From the NCBI GenBank assembly GCA_038212015.1, contig JBBQUY010000006.1:3016-67015 (forward strand): a stretch of DNA of 64,000 bases, given 5' to 3'. The stretch is from Gaiellales bacterium (GTDB lineage Bacteria > Actinomycetota > Thermoleophilia > Gaiellales > SKUG01). The notes under the pieces are model-generated. The model had not been told where the DNA came from, made no database searches, and saw only the letters and a program-made list of their open reading frames with translations. A program made the position numbers and the translations under genes. Positions 1 to 7,544 of the stretch are shown here, one piece after another. Each line of letters opens with the position of its first letter. The first letter of the stretch is position 1.

Positions 1-260
1 CGCTCTTCGCGTGCGACGAGCTCGCGGGCTTCGTGGTGGCCGTCGCCCGCGTGCGCCCGGAGGGCTTCGCCGGGATGTCACCCAGGAGCGTCACCAAGAA
101 GCTCAAGACGCCGAGCTTCGCCGCGGGCGTCAGTCGCGAAGACGTGGATCGCGGCTGCGAGCTGCTCGCCCTGGAGAAATCCGAGCACATCGCCAACGTG
201 ATCGAGGCGATCACGCCGATCGGCGACTCGCTCATCGGGGACGTCACCGGCGCGCGCTGA
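1..260 (+). CDS. HD-superfamily metal-dependent phosphohydrolase, C-terminal fragment (5' end outside the window)
   Basis: The frame of ORF 33..260 stays open back to the window edge and ends at TGA 258-260. The translation ...DELAGFVVAVARVRPEGFAGMSPRSVTKKLKTPSFAAGVSREDVDRGCELLALEKSEHIANVIEAI resembles the C-terminus of COG2316-type HD hydrolases (recognised from memory). Confidence 0.55.
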   Translation, partial: LFACDELAGFVVAVARVRPEGFAGMSPRSVTKKLKTPSFAAGVSREDVDRGCELLALEKSEHIANVIEAITPIGDSLIGDVTGAR

Positions 261-272
261 CGCGACGGTTGC

Positions 273-321
273 GTGACGAAGTCGCGACGGGTTCGGCACG
301 ATGCGCGCATGTCTCGTGACA
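273..321 (+). promoter_or_regulatory. Copy A of a block-conserved 49-nt non-coding element (GTGACGAAGTCG-N13-ACGATGCGCGCA-N5-CGTGACA), 50 nt upstream of tRNA-Ala
   Basis: Three blocks (12, 12 and 7 nt) are identical to those at 2459..2507, with identical spacing. The middle block contains the palindrome TGCGCGCA. The element lies in an intergenic region. Confidence 0.5.
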
Positions 322-371
322 ACTCAGCCGCGATCATTTTCCATGGGCGCTGGATGGCAACCAGCGCCTCC

Positions 372-444
372 GGGCCCGTGGTGTAGTGACAGCACGGCAG
401 CGCTCGCCACGTTGCAGGCGCGGGTTTGATTCCCGCCGGGTCCA
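372..444 (+). tRNA. tRNA-Ala (anticodon CGC)
   Basis: Manual cloverleaf. The acceptor GGGCCCG/CGGGTCC carries the Ala identity pair G3:U70 and discriminator A73. Anticodon stem is CAGCG/CGTTG with loop CTCGCCA (anticodon CGC). T-stem is GCGGG/CCCGC. No CCA is encoded. The D-loop (AGTGACA) and T-loop (TTTGATT) are atypical. Confidence 0.7.
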
Positions 445-493
445 CGCACATTCCGCGCGCTATGCTGAGTGGCACGTGGCGAGCGTTGCACGT

Positions 494-524
494 GCGGCGG
501 TCCAGCTTTCGAGCGGGCCGCCGC
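494..524. terminator. Stem-loop between tRNA-Ala and the convergent ABC-2 permease gene (possible bidirectional terminator)
   Basis: GCGGCGGTCC / GGGCCGCCGC forms a 10-bp stem (one G:U) with an 11-nt loop. No clear U-tract. Confidence 0.4.
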
Positions 525-572
525 GCCGTCTTCAGGCGATGGCGACGGGCTCGAGGTCGTGATCGACGTCCA

Positions 573-1430
573 CTACCGCACCAGCCGCCGGCGCATCATG
601 GCGATCGACGACCACGTGCCGACGATCGCGATGCCCACGAGCACGCCGAGGTGGTTGAGCGACGCGAGCGAGAGCACGGCGCCCTCGGTGCCGGATGCGT
701 GGCGTGCGAGCGAGACGCCGTGGTAGGCGGGTGACAGCAGCTGCAGGGTGTCGAGCGGCTGGCCGAAGTCGTCGGGTCGGTAGAACGTGCCGCTGAGCCA
801 GTACATCGGGAAGATGCCGAAGCTGACCCAGTACCCGAGCGTCTCGAGCATCGGACTGACGCTGGCGGCGGTCACCGCGAGCGCCGACATCATGAACGCG
901 CTGGCGAAGCAGATGGCCGGCAGCAGCAGCGCCCACCACGAATCGAAGAGCCCGAACGCGCCGAAGATGCCGGCGATCACGCTCGCGCTGACGGTGCCGC
1001 GGAACGCGCCGTAGAACAGCTCGCCGAGCACGACGTCGTCGATCTGCACGGGTGTGGCGACCATCGCGTCGAACGTGCGCTGCTTGTCCATGCGGTAGTA
1101 GGTGCCGTAGCTGCACTCGAAGCCGGCGCTGAACAGCGCGCTGCACACGACCAGGCCCGGTGCGATCCATGCGGCGTAGCCCGCGCCGCCGAATCCGGTG
1201 ACGACGGCGCCCAGACCGAGGCCGAGCGCGATCATCGACAGGCACACGTCGACGACGTTGGGAATGAGCAGCCACGTCCACAGGCGCAGGAACACGTCGC
1301 GGTTGCGATGCCACACCGCGCGAGTGAGGCGGAGGCTGATGCGCGCATCCGGCGGCGTCGACGCATCGACCGTCGCACTCGCCAGGGGCGCATCGGGCAT
1401 CGTCGCGAGCGTCGTCTCGAACGTCGTCAT
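573..1430 (-). CDS. ABC-2 type transporter permease (NodJ/DrrB-like)
   Basis: This is the C-terminal 285 codons of the 938-aa track ORF. It starts at ATG 1428-1430 (MTTFETT...) and is a multi-TM hydrophobic protein (LLIPNVVDVCLSMIALGLGLG, FPMYWLSGTFY). The start overlaps the upstream ATPase stop by 4 nt (ATGA). Confidence 0.8.
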   Translation of the reverse strand: MTTFETTLATMPDAPLASATVDASTPPDARISLRLTRAVWHRNRDVFLRLWTWLLIPNVVDVCLSMIALGLGLGAVVTGFGGAGYAAWIAPGLVVCSALFSAGFECSYGTYYRMDKQRTFDAMVATPVQIDDVVLGELFYGAFRGTVSASVIAGIFGAFGLFDSWWALLLPAICFASAFMMSALAVTAASVSPMLETLGYWVSFGIFPMYWLSGTFYRPDDFGQPLDTLQLLSPAYHGVSLARHASGTEGAVLSLASLNHLGVLVGIAIVGTWSSIAMMRRRLVR

Positions 1431-2425
1431 GCCTCGGCCCCCTCCACGAGCGCGTGGCCGGTGGTGCGCAGGAACACGTCCTCGAGCGTGCCACGCCGCA
1501 CGGTGCGGATCGCAGCGTCGGGCACGGGAATGCGTTCGAACAGCTGCTCGAGCTTCCAGCGCTGCAGCCCGGCGCCGTAGACCGTGAGCGTGCCGTCGAC
1601 CCATGCATGGTCGAGCTCCGACGTGGCGATCGCCGCGGCGGTGACGGGCGGCAGCGGGTCGGTGAACGCGCGGCCGGGAATGTCGGACAGGTCGGCTTCG
1701 AGCACGAGCTCGCCTGCGTGACGATCGATGAGTTCGGCCGGGCGACCGGCGAGCACGATCCGGCCGTGGTCGAGCAGCACGACGCGGTCGCAGAGACGCT
1801 CGGCTTCCTCGAGGTAGTGCGTGGTGAGCACGAGTGTTCGCCCTTGCCGGCGCAGCTCGCGCAGCGTGCGCCACACGACGCGGCGCGCCTGCGGATCGAG
1901 CCCCGTGGTGGGCTCGTCGAGCAGCACGAGCTCGGGATCGCCGATGAGCGCGCGGGCCATCACGAGACGGCGCTTCATGCCACCGGACAGCTCGTGGATC
2001 TCCGAATCGCGGCGGTCGGTGAGCGCGAACAGTTCCAGTGCTTCTCCCGCGCGGGTGCGCGCCTGCGCGCGTGAGAGCCCGAAGTAGCGGGCGTAGATGA
2101 GCAGGTTCTGCCAGACGGTGTTGTCGGGGTCGAGGTTGTTCTCCTGCGGCACGACGCCCAGGCGCGCCTTGATGCGGCGCGGGTGGCGCGCGACGTCCAT
2201 GCCGAGCACCGCGAGCTCGCCGCTCGTGCGCGGGGTGAAGCCGTAGAGCATGCGCATGGCGGTGCTCTTGCCGGCGCCGTTGGGGCCGAGGAAGCCGAAG
2301 CATTCGCCGCGCAGCACGTCGAAGTCGATGCCGTCGACGGCATGGCGACCGCCGTAGTGCTTGGCGAGCCCGCGCGCGCGGATCACGGCGTCGGCGATCG
2401 GCGGTGGTGTCTGGCTCGGCGGCAT
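1427..2425 (-). CDS. ABC transporter ATP-binding protein (DrrA/NodI-like)
   Basis: Walker A GPNGAGKST, signature LSGGMKRR, Walker B LVLLDEPTTGLD. I chose the internal ATG at 2423-2425 (MPPSQTPPP...) because the upstream part of ORF 1427..2782 is Arg/Pro-rich shadow sequence. Confidence 0.85.
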   Translation of the reverse strand: MPPSQTPPPIADAVIRARGLAKHYGGRHAVDGIDFDVLRGECFGFLGPNGAGKSTAMRMLYGFTPRTSGELAVLGMDVARHPRRIKARLGVVPQENNLDPDNTVWQNLLIYARYFGLSRAQARTRAGEALELFALTDRRDSEIHELSGGMKRRLVMARALIGDPELVLLDEPTTGLDPQARRVVWRTLRELRRQGRTLVLTTHYLEEAERLCDRVVLLDHGRIVLAGRPAELIDRHAGELVLEADLSDIPGRAFTDPLPPVTAAAIATSELDHAWVDGTLTVYGAGLQRWKLEQLFERIPVPDAAIRTVRRGTLEDVFLRTTGHALVEGAEA

Positions 2426-2447
2426 GCGCGCGAGTGTATCGGTGATC

Positions 2448-2463
2448 GTCACGGTGCCGTGAC
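2448..2463. promoter_or_regulatory. Perfect 7-2-7 inverted repeat GTCACGG-TG-CCGTGAC in the divergent ABC / Flp-like intergenic region (operator-like)
   Basis: Read directly from the sequence. It overlaps the first block of the 49-nt element copy B. Confidence 0.45.
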
Positions 2464-2507
2464 GAAGTCGAGTCGCATCCGTGACGATGCGCGCACAATG
2501 CGTGACA
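2459..2507 (+). promoter_or_regulatory. Copy B of the block-conserved 49-nt non-coding element, 22 nt upstream of the 2530 start codon
   Basis: Blocks GTGACGAAGTCG (2459-2470), ACGATGCGCGCA (2484-2495) and CGTGACA (2501-2507) have the same order and spacing as 273..321. Confidence 0.5.
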
Positions 2508-2529
2508 CGCGGTCCTGTGGCATTGCGCC

Positions 2530-3489
2530 ATGGACGTTTTCGGGCGACGAGGCAGGCAGCAGGAACGGGCGACGGCGACGCTGGAGTACGTCGGCGTGGC
2601 GGTCGCGACAGCAGTGCTGCTGACGGGGATCGCGGCGGGCATGCGCCCGGGCGGCACGTCGATCGGCGAATCGGTCGCGGGGCGGATCGGGGCGCTCGTG
2701 TCAGGCGAGGCAGCGACGTGGCGGTGGCGAACGGCGCGCGAGGCACGAACCGGTGGCGGCAGCGACCCGGTGCGCGTGTCACGCGACGAGCTGCGGATGG
2801 AACCGATGCTGCCGCCGGTGGCGCTGTGGGCGCGCGGCTGGGAGACGGAGCGCGAGGTTGCCGGCGCGACGATCGATGCTTCGGCGTCGGCGTGCGCGCT
2901 GTGCGCGTCGGTGGAGTGGTCGCACGAGCTCGGCCCGAAAGCGGAGGCCGGCAGCAGCGGCCGATACGCCGGCTTGGCGGCGGGGCTGGAGCTGGGCGGG
3001 CGGATGGCGCTCATCTCGGCGGAGCTCAACGCGAAGGCCGCGCGGCGATGGGGCGCCGGAACGAGCGCGTTCGCGCAGGGTCGACTGCGCGGCACGGTCG
3101 GCGCCGAGGCTGACGCGAAGGCGACGCTCGTGGCCAACCGCGAGGGAGTCGCGGTTGATGCGACCGCGGGCGCGATGGCCGGCGCGGTGGCGCGGGCGGA
3201 GGTGAAGACGGGCGTCGACCTGCTCGGCATCGCGATTCGCCAGTCGGGACGCGTCGAAGGCTGGGCGGGCGCTGGCGCTCGCGGCGCCGCGGGCGTCGAC
3301 GTACGCCGCGACTCGGTGAGCTGGCGATTGGGGTGGGGCGCCGCGCTCGGACTCGGTGGTGCGAGCGAGTGGTCCGGTTCGGTCGACACGAGCGCCGTGT
3401 CGCCTCGTCACAAACGACTCGCCCGCGATGCGCTGCTGGCTTCGCTGTCGGTCACGCGATTTCCCGTCACCAGCATTCTCAGGCACTGA
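2530..3489 (+). CDS. Hypothetical protein with a Flp/TadE-like (class III prepilin-like) N-terminus and an Ala/Gly-rich C-terminal region
   Basis: The N-terminus ...GRQQERATATLEYVGVAVATAVLLTGIAAG resembles the G/xxxxEY + hydrophobic segment of Flp/TadE/DUF4244 proteins. The remaining ~280 aa has no motif I recognise. Its amino-acid composition looks coding compared with the overlapping frames. Confidence 0.55.
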   Translation: MDVFGRRGRQQERATATLEYVGVAVATAVLLTGIAAGMRPGGTSIGESVAGRIGALVSGEAATWRWRTAREARTGGGSDPVRVSRDELRMEPMLPPVALWARGWETEREVAGATIDASASACALCASVEWSHELGPKAEAGSSGRYAGLAAGLELGGRMALISAELNAKAARRWGAGTSAFAQGRLRGTVGAEADAKATLVANREGVAVDATAGAMAGAVARAEVKTGVDLLGIAIRQSGRVEGWAGAGARGAAGVDVRRDSVSWRLGWGAALGLGGASEWSGSVDTSAVSPRHKRLARDALLASLSVTRFPVTSILRH

Positions 3490-3500
3490 AGGAGCACGAC

Positions 3501-4106
3501 ATGAAGACCACCCACACCCGCACTCCGGCGCATCGCCCCCGATTCGACCCACCCACGGTGGCGTGGCCGATCGGGCTGGTGCTGCTGCTCGTGGCGCTCG
3601 GCACGTGGCGCGTCGCCGATCCCTCACATGGACGTTCCACGCCAGCAGCCGACACGGCGACGAAGACCGCGTCGCGCAGCTTCGGCGACGCGAAGCTCGA
3701 GGTGCCACGCACGTGGCGCACCCTCGGGCGATCCGCCGAGCGCATCACGTGGGGCGCCCCGGACCGCTCGCACACGGTGACGCTCGCGAGCACCGAGGCG
3801 AGCTCGGTGGCGCTGCCGACGATCGTGCGCGAGGTCGTCGCGCAGTCGGCGGACTCACTACCCGGCGCGAGCATCGCGTCGGATCCCGTCGACATCGACC
3901 TGGGCGATCGTGCACCGCGCGGGGACTCGGCGGCGCTCGTGACGTTCGAGGTGGGCGACGGCACGCATCCGCCGATCCACGTCGTGCAGGTCTGGCGCCG
4001 GGATGCGCGCGCAGGCGTCGACCTGGTCGCGACGTGGACGAGCGCCGACGGAACGTGGCCGGCCTCGCCGCGCGAGCTCCTCCCGCAGGCCACCTCGAAT
4101 GGGTAA
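3501..4106 (+). CDS. Membrane-anchored hypothetical protein
   Basis: ATG 3501 follows GGAG at 3491-3494. One N-terminal TM (VAWPIGLVLLLVALGTW) precedes a soluble domain. It lies 11 nt downstream of the previous gene, so it is probably co-transcribed. Confidence 0.55.
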   Translation: MKTTHTRTPAHRPRFDPPTVAWPIGLVLLLVALGTWRVADPSHGRSTPAADTATKTASRSFGDAKLEVPRTWRTLGRSAERITWGAPDRSHTVTLASTEASSVALPTIVREVVAQSADSLPGASIASDPVDIDLGDRAPRGDSAALVTFEVGDGTHPPIHVVQVWRRDARAGVDLVATWTSADGTWPASPRELLPQATSNG

Positions 4107-4160
4107 CATCGACGCGAATGCGCGTCCGGAGGTGGACGCGCGCTTCAAAGGAGGATCGGC

Positions 4161-4934
4161 GTGGCGTACGAGGACATCCAGGTGGAGCGCGACGGCGGCG
4201 TCGGCATCATCACGCTCGACCGACCCAAGGTGCTCAACGCGCTCAGCCCACAGCTACTCACCGAGCTCGTCGACGCGCTCGAGGAATTCGACCGCGATCC
4301 CGAGGTGCGCTGCATCGCGCTGCTCGGCTCCGACCGCGCATTCGCGGCAGGCGCCGACATCTCCGCGATGGCCGATGCCTCCCCGATCGAGATGCTGCGC
4401 GACAACACCTTCGCGCGCATCGAGCGCATCCGCGACCTGACCACGCCCGTCGTGGCGGGCGTGTCGGGCTTCGCGCTCGGCGGTGGCTGCGAGCTCGCGA
4501 TGGCATGCGACCTGATCGTCGCCAGCGAGAACGCCCAGTTCGGACAGCCCGAAATCAACCTCGGCATCATCCCCGGAGCAGGCGGCACGCAGCGCCTGCC
4601 GCGAGCGGTCGGCAAGGCCGTCGCGATGGACATGGTCCTCACCGGCCGCACGCTGTCGGCGGCCGAAGCGCGTGACGCCGGCCTCGTCGCGCGTGTCGTC
4701 GCACCCGAGGCGTGGCGCGACGAGACGCTCGCCGTGTGCCGCACGATCGCGACGAAGAGCCCGATCGCGCTGCAGATCGCCCGCGAGGCCGTCAACGCCG
4801 CCTACGACACGACCCTGCGCACCGGCATCGAGTTCGAGCGCCGCGCCTTCCACGTGCTGTTCGCCTCCGACGACCAGTCCGAGGGCATGCGCGCATTCCT
4901 GGACAAGCGACAGCCCGCGTTCTCGGGCAGCTGA
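4161..4934 (+). CDS. Enoyl-CoA hydratase (crotonase family)
   Basis: GTG start preceded by AAAGGAGGA. Crotonase motifs are present: RAFAAGADI and GFALGGGCELAMACD. Confidence 0.9.
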   Translation: MAYEDIQVERDGGVGIITLDRPKVLNALSPQLLTELVDALEEFDRDPEVRCIALLGSDRAFAAGADISAMADASPIEMLRDNTFARIERIRDLTTPVVAGVSGFALGGGCELAMACDLIVASENAQFGQPEINLGIIPGAGGTQRLPRAVGKAVAMDMVLTGRTLSAAEARDAGLVARVVAPEAWRDETLAVCRTIATKSPIALQIAREAVNAAYDTTLRTGIEFERRAFHVLFASDDQSEGMRAFLDKRQPAFSGS

Positions 4935-4959
4935 CACGAACCGATCGATGGGATCCACG

Positions 4960-5766
4960 ATGACCACCGAAGCACCCACCCTGGAAACGATCGAGTACGC
5001 GGTCGCCGACGGCGTCGCGACGATCGCGCTCAACCGCCCCGACAAGCGCAACGCGATCAACATGCAGCTGCACAAGGACCTCGCAGCAGCGCTCAAGCTC
5101 GTCGCCCGTGACCGCTCGGTGCGCGCGCTCGTGATCACTGGCCGCGGCAAGGGCTTCTGCGCCGGACAGGACCTGTCCGAGTTCATGATGGCGAAGGCCG
5201 ACGAGAACTTCCGCGTCGACGAGCACGTGCGCAACACCTTCAACCGCACGATCATGACGCTGCGCGGACTGGAGATTCCCGTGATCGCCGCGGTCAACGG
5301 CTTCGCTGCCGGTGCCGGCTGGAGCCTCGCGCTCGCCGCCGACATCCGCTTCTGCAGCGAGGACGCACAGTTCACGCAGGCGTTCTCCAAGATCGGACTC
5401 GTGCCCGATACCGGCAGCACCTGGTTCCTGCCGGAGCTGATCGGCACCTCGCGCACGCTCGAGCTGGCGTTCACCGGCGACGTGATCGATGCGCAGAAGG
5501 CGCTCACCTGGGGTCTCGTGAACTTCGTGACGGGCGCCGACGAACTCGAGGCTCGCGCGCACGAGTACGCGGTGCGGCTGGCGGCGATGCCGACGCTCGC
5601 GCTCGGGATCACCAAGCGCGCGGTGTACCGCGCGACGACGGCGACGCTCGCCGATGCACTCGAGTACGAGGCGCAGGTGCAGCAGCGCGCCGCGCAGAGC
5701 GACGATCACGTCGAGGGCGTCACCGCGTTCCTCGAGAAGCGGGCGCCCGTGTTCACAGGGCGATGA
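4960..5766 (+). CDS. Enoyl-CoA hydratase/isomerase family protein (PaaG-like)
   Basis: MTTEAPTLETIEYAVADGVATIALNRPDKRNA..., GFCAGQDL, GFAAGAGWSLALAAD. An alternative ATG lies at 4948. The upstream part of the track ORF is shadow sequence. Confidence 0.85.
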   Translation: MTTEAPTLETIEYAVADGVATIALNRPDKRNAINMQLHKDLAAALKLVARDRSVRALVITGRGKGFCAGQDLSEFMMAKADENFRVDEHVRNTFNRTIMTLRGLEIPVIAAVNGFAAGAGWSLALAADIRFCSEDAQFTQAFSKIGLVPDTGSTWFLPELIGTSRTLELAFTGDVIDAQKALTWGLVNFVTGADELEARAHEYAVRLAAMPTLALGITKRAVYRATTATLADALEYEAQVQQRAAQSDDHVEGVTAFLEKRAPVFTGR

Positions 5767-5785
5767 GGCGGGGCAGGAGCACGAC

Positions 5786-6430
5786 ATGAGCGCGACGGCT
5801 GAGAACCCAACCACCAGCGGCACCTTCCTGGGTGTCGACGTGCGCACCGGACCCGGCGGCGGCCTCGCCTCCGGCGCACCGGTCCCGAGCGGCGCAGCGA
5901 TGCACTACCACGCCGCACGACTGCCCGACCTGGGCGATGTCGTACTCGCGGTGGCCCGCGTATTCGATGCCGACACCGGCGCTGCGCTGCGCATCGAGCT
6001 GCGTGCGTTCACCGCGGCAGCGCCCGGGCGTGGTGCGCTCGCGACGATGGCGGGCGACGAGCTCGTCGACGCACCCGGCGCGATCGCCTACGCCGAGCTG
6101 GAGCTCTCCGCCCAGGGCGACGAGGCCGATGAGCGACGGGCGGCGACGCTCACGCGCTGCGTCGTGACCGATGCCGCCCCCACCGCTGCCGCCGCGCGCG
6201 GCATCGCGGACTGGCTGCGCACCACGTGGGAAACCGAGCTGGCGTTCGGTTCCTGGCCCGCAGTGCGCGGCACGCTCGATGCCTTCTCGACCAATGGTGG
6301 CGCGAGCGCCGACTGGGCGCGGGAGTGGCTCGTCGACGGTGAACACCACGTCGACGACGCCGACCCGGCCGCCTTCCTGAAGGTGCTGTCGCCAGCGTGG
6401 CTCGAATCTGCGACCGGGGAAGACTCCTAG
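5786..6430 (+). CDS. Hypothetical protein
   Basis: ATG 5786 follows GGGGCAGGAG. The composition looks coding (acidic, Trp-containing). I recognise no motif. Confidence 0.5.
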   Translation: MSATAENPTTSGTFLGVDVRTGPGGGLASGAPVPSGAAMHYHAARLPDLGDVVLAVARVFDADTGAALRIELRAFTAAAPGRGALATMAGDELVDAPGAIAYAELELSAQGDEADERRAATLTRCVVTDAAPTAAAARGIADWLRTTWETELAFGSWPAVRGTLDAFSTNGGASADWAREWLVDGEHHVDDADPAAFLKVLSPAWLESATGEDS

Positions 6431-6509
6431 GCCACTGCGTCGAGCCGCAAGCGGCCAGTGCCACAGGGCGACGCCCGGGCCCACGTTACTGCCCGGTAAT
6501 GTTCGAGGA

Positions 6510-7532
6510 ATGACGAAGACCAGCGTGCAGGAATCCACCGACTCCGTGACCGACGAGGAGCCGACGCTCGACGCGACCGACCCCAAGCAGCGCCTGCGTG
6601 GCGCCATGATCGTCAACCCCTACTCCTCAGGGATGACCGGCAGGCGCGAGCGTGAGATCGTCTCGGAACTGCGCGAGCACATGGACCTCGAGGTGCGACG
6701 CACCGAGCGCGGCGGCCACGCCCCCAAGCTCGCGCGTGAGCTCATGGATGCCGGCCCGCTCGACGTGCTCATCTCCTGTGGCGGTGACGGCACCGCCAAC
6801 GAGATCCTCAACGGCATGGCGCTCGGCAACGACACCGCCAAAGACCGCCCCGCATTCGCGATCGTCCCCGCCGGCGGCACCAACGTGCTCGCCCGCTCGA
6901 TCGGCTATCCGAACCATCCCGTGCGCGCCACGTCCAGGCTCGTCGAGGCGATCGTCGAGCGCCGCACGAAGCGCATCAACCTCGCGACGTGTGACGAACG
7001 AATCTTCATGTTCTCCGCGGGCGTCGGGCTCGACGGCGAGGTCGTCAAGCGCATGGAGCAGCGACGGTCCGGGCGGCGCCCGAGCGACCTGGCGCACGTG
7101 ACGTCAGTCGTCGGCTTTTTCGCGACGCAGCGTTTCGCGCTGACCGAGCGGATGACGGTGACCGTCGACGGCACCGGCGAACAGCTGCGCGCCGCGCTGT
7201 TGTTCGTGGGCAATACCGCGCCCTTCACCTACATGGGTCGCGTGGCGGTGAACTTCATGCCCGGCGCCACGCTCGAAGGCGGCCTCGACTTCATGGCACC
7301 AGAACGCGCCAACGCCTTCTTCGCGATTCGCAACGCCACGCAGGCGATGGGCGTGGGCCGCAAGAACCAGCGACTCGTGAGCCCCGAGAAGTCACGCGTT
7401 CGACACGACGTGACCGGCTTCACCGTCGAGTGCGACGAGCCGCAGCCCGTGCAGGTCGACGGCGAGTTCATCGGTGACCGAACGCACATCCGCTTCGGAC
7501 TGCTCGAGCGCTGCATCGACCTCATCGTCTGA
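6510..7532 (+). CDS. Diacylglycerol kinase-family lipid kinase
   Basis: DAGK catalytic-domain signature ISCGGDGTANEILNGM. RBS GAGGAA precedes the ATG. Confidence 0.85.
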   Translation: MTKTSVQESTDSVTDEEPTLDATDPKQRLRGAMIVNPYSSGMTGRREREIVSELREHMDLEVRRTERGGHAPKLARELMDAGPLDVLISCGGDGTANEILNGMALGNDTAKDRPAFAIVPAGGTNVLARSIGYPNHPVRATSRLVEAIVERRTKRINLATCDERIFMFSAGVGLDGEVVKRMEQRRSGRRPSDLAHVTSVVGFFATQRFALTERMTVTVDGTGEQLRAALLFVGNTAPFTYMGRVAVNFMPGATLEGGLDFMAPERANAFFAIRNATQAMGVGRKNQRLVSPEKSRVRHDVTGFTVECDEPQPVQVDGEFIGDRTHIRFGLLERCIDLIV

Positions 7533-7544
7533 CGACGACGCGGG

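Noticed and set aside
273-2507. A tRNA-associated genomic island bounded by the two 49-nt direct repeats.
   Set aside because: The repeats do not include the tRNA 3' end, as att sites normally do. The spacers within the repeats have diverged while the blocks are conserved. No integrase or other mobility gene is present, and the enclosed ABC-2 exporter has the same composition as its surroundings.
1431-3389. The upstream 650 codons of the 938-aa minus-strand track ORF (573..3389). Similar very long ORFs occur at 7522..9168, 9308..10882, 29287..31341, 39923..41806, 45875..47677, 48572..50287 and 51912..53654, and in the N-terminal 400 codons of 21906..24341.
   Set aside because: Their translations are dominated by Arg/Ala/Pro/Gly with almost no Lys, Ile, Phe, Tyr or Asn. 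That is the typical signature of out-of-frame or antisense shadow ORFs in very GC-rich DNA. Each overlaps a frame that has recognisable motifs and balanced composition.
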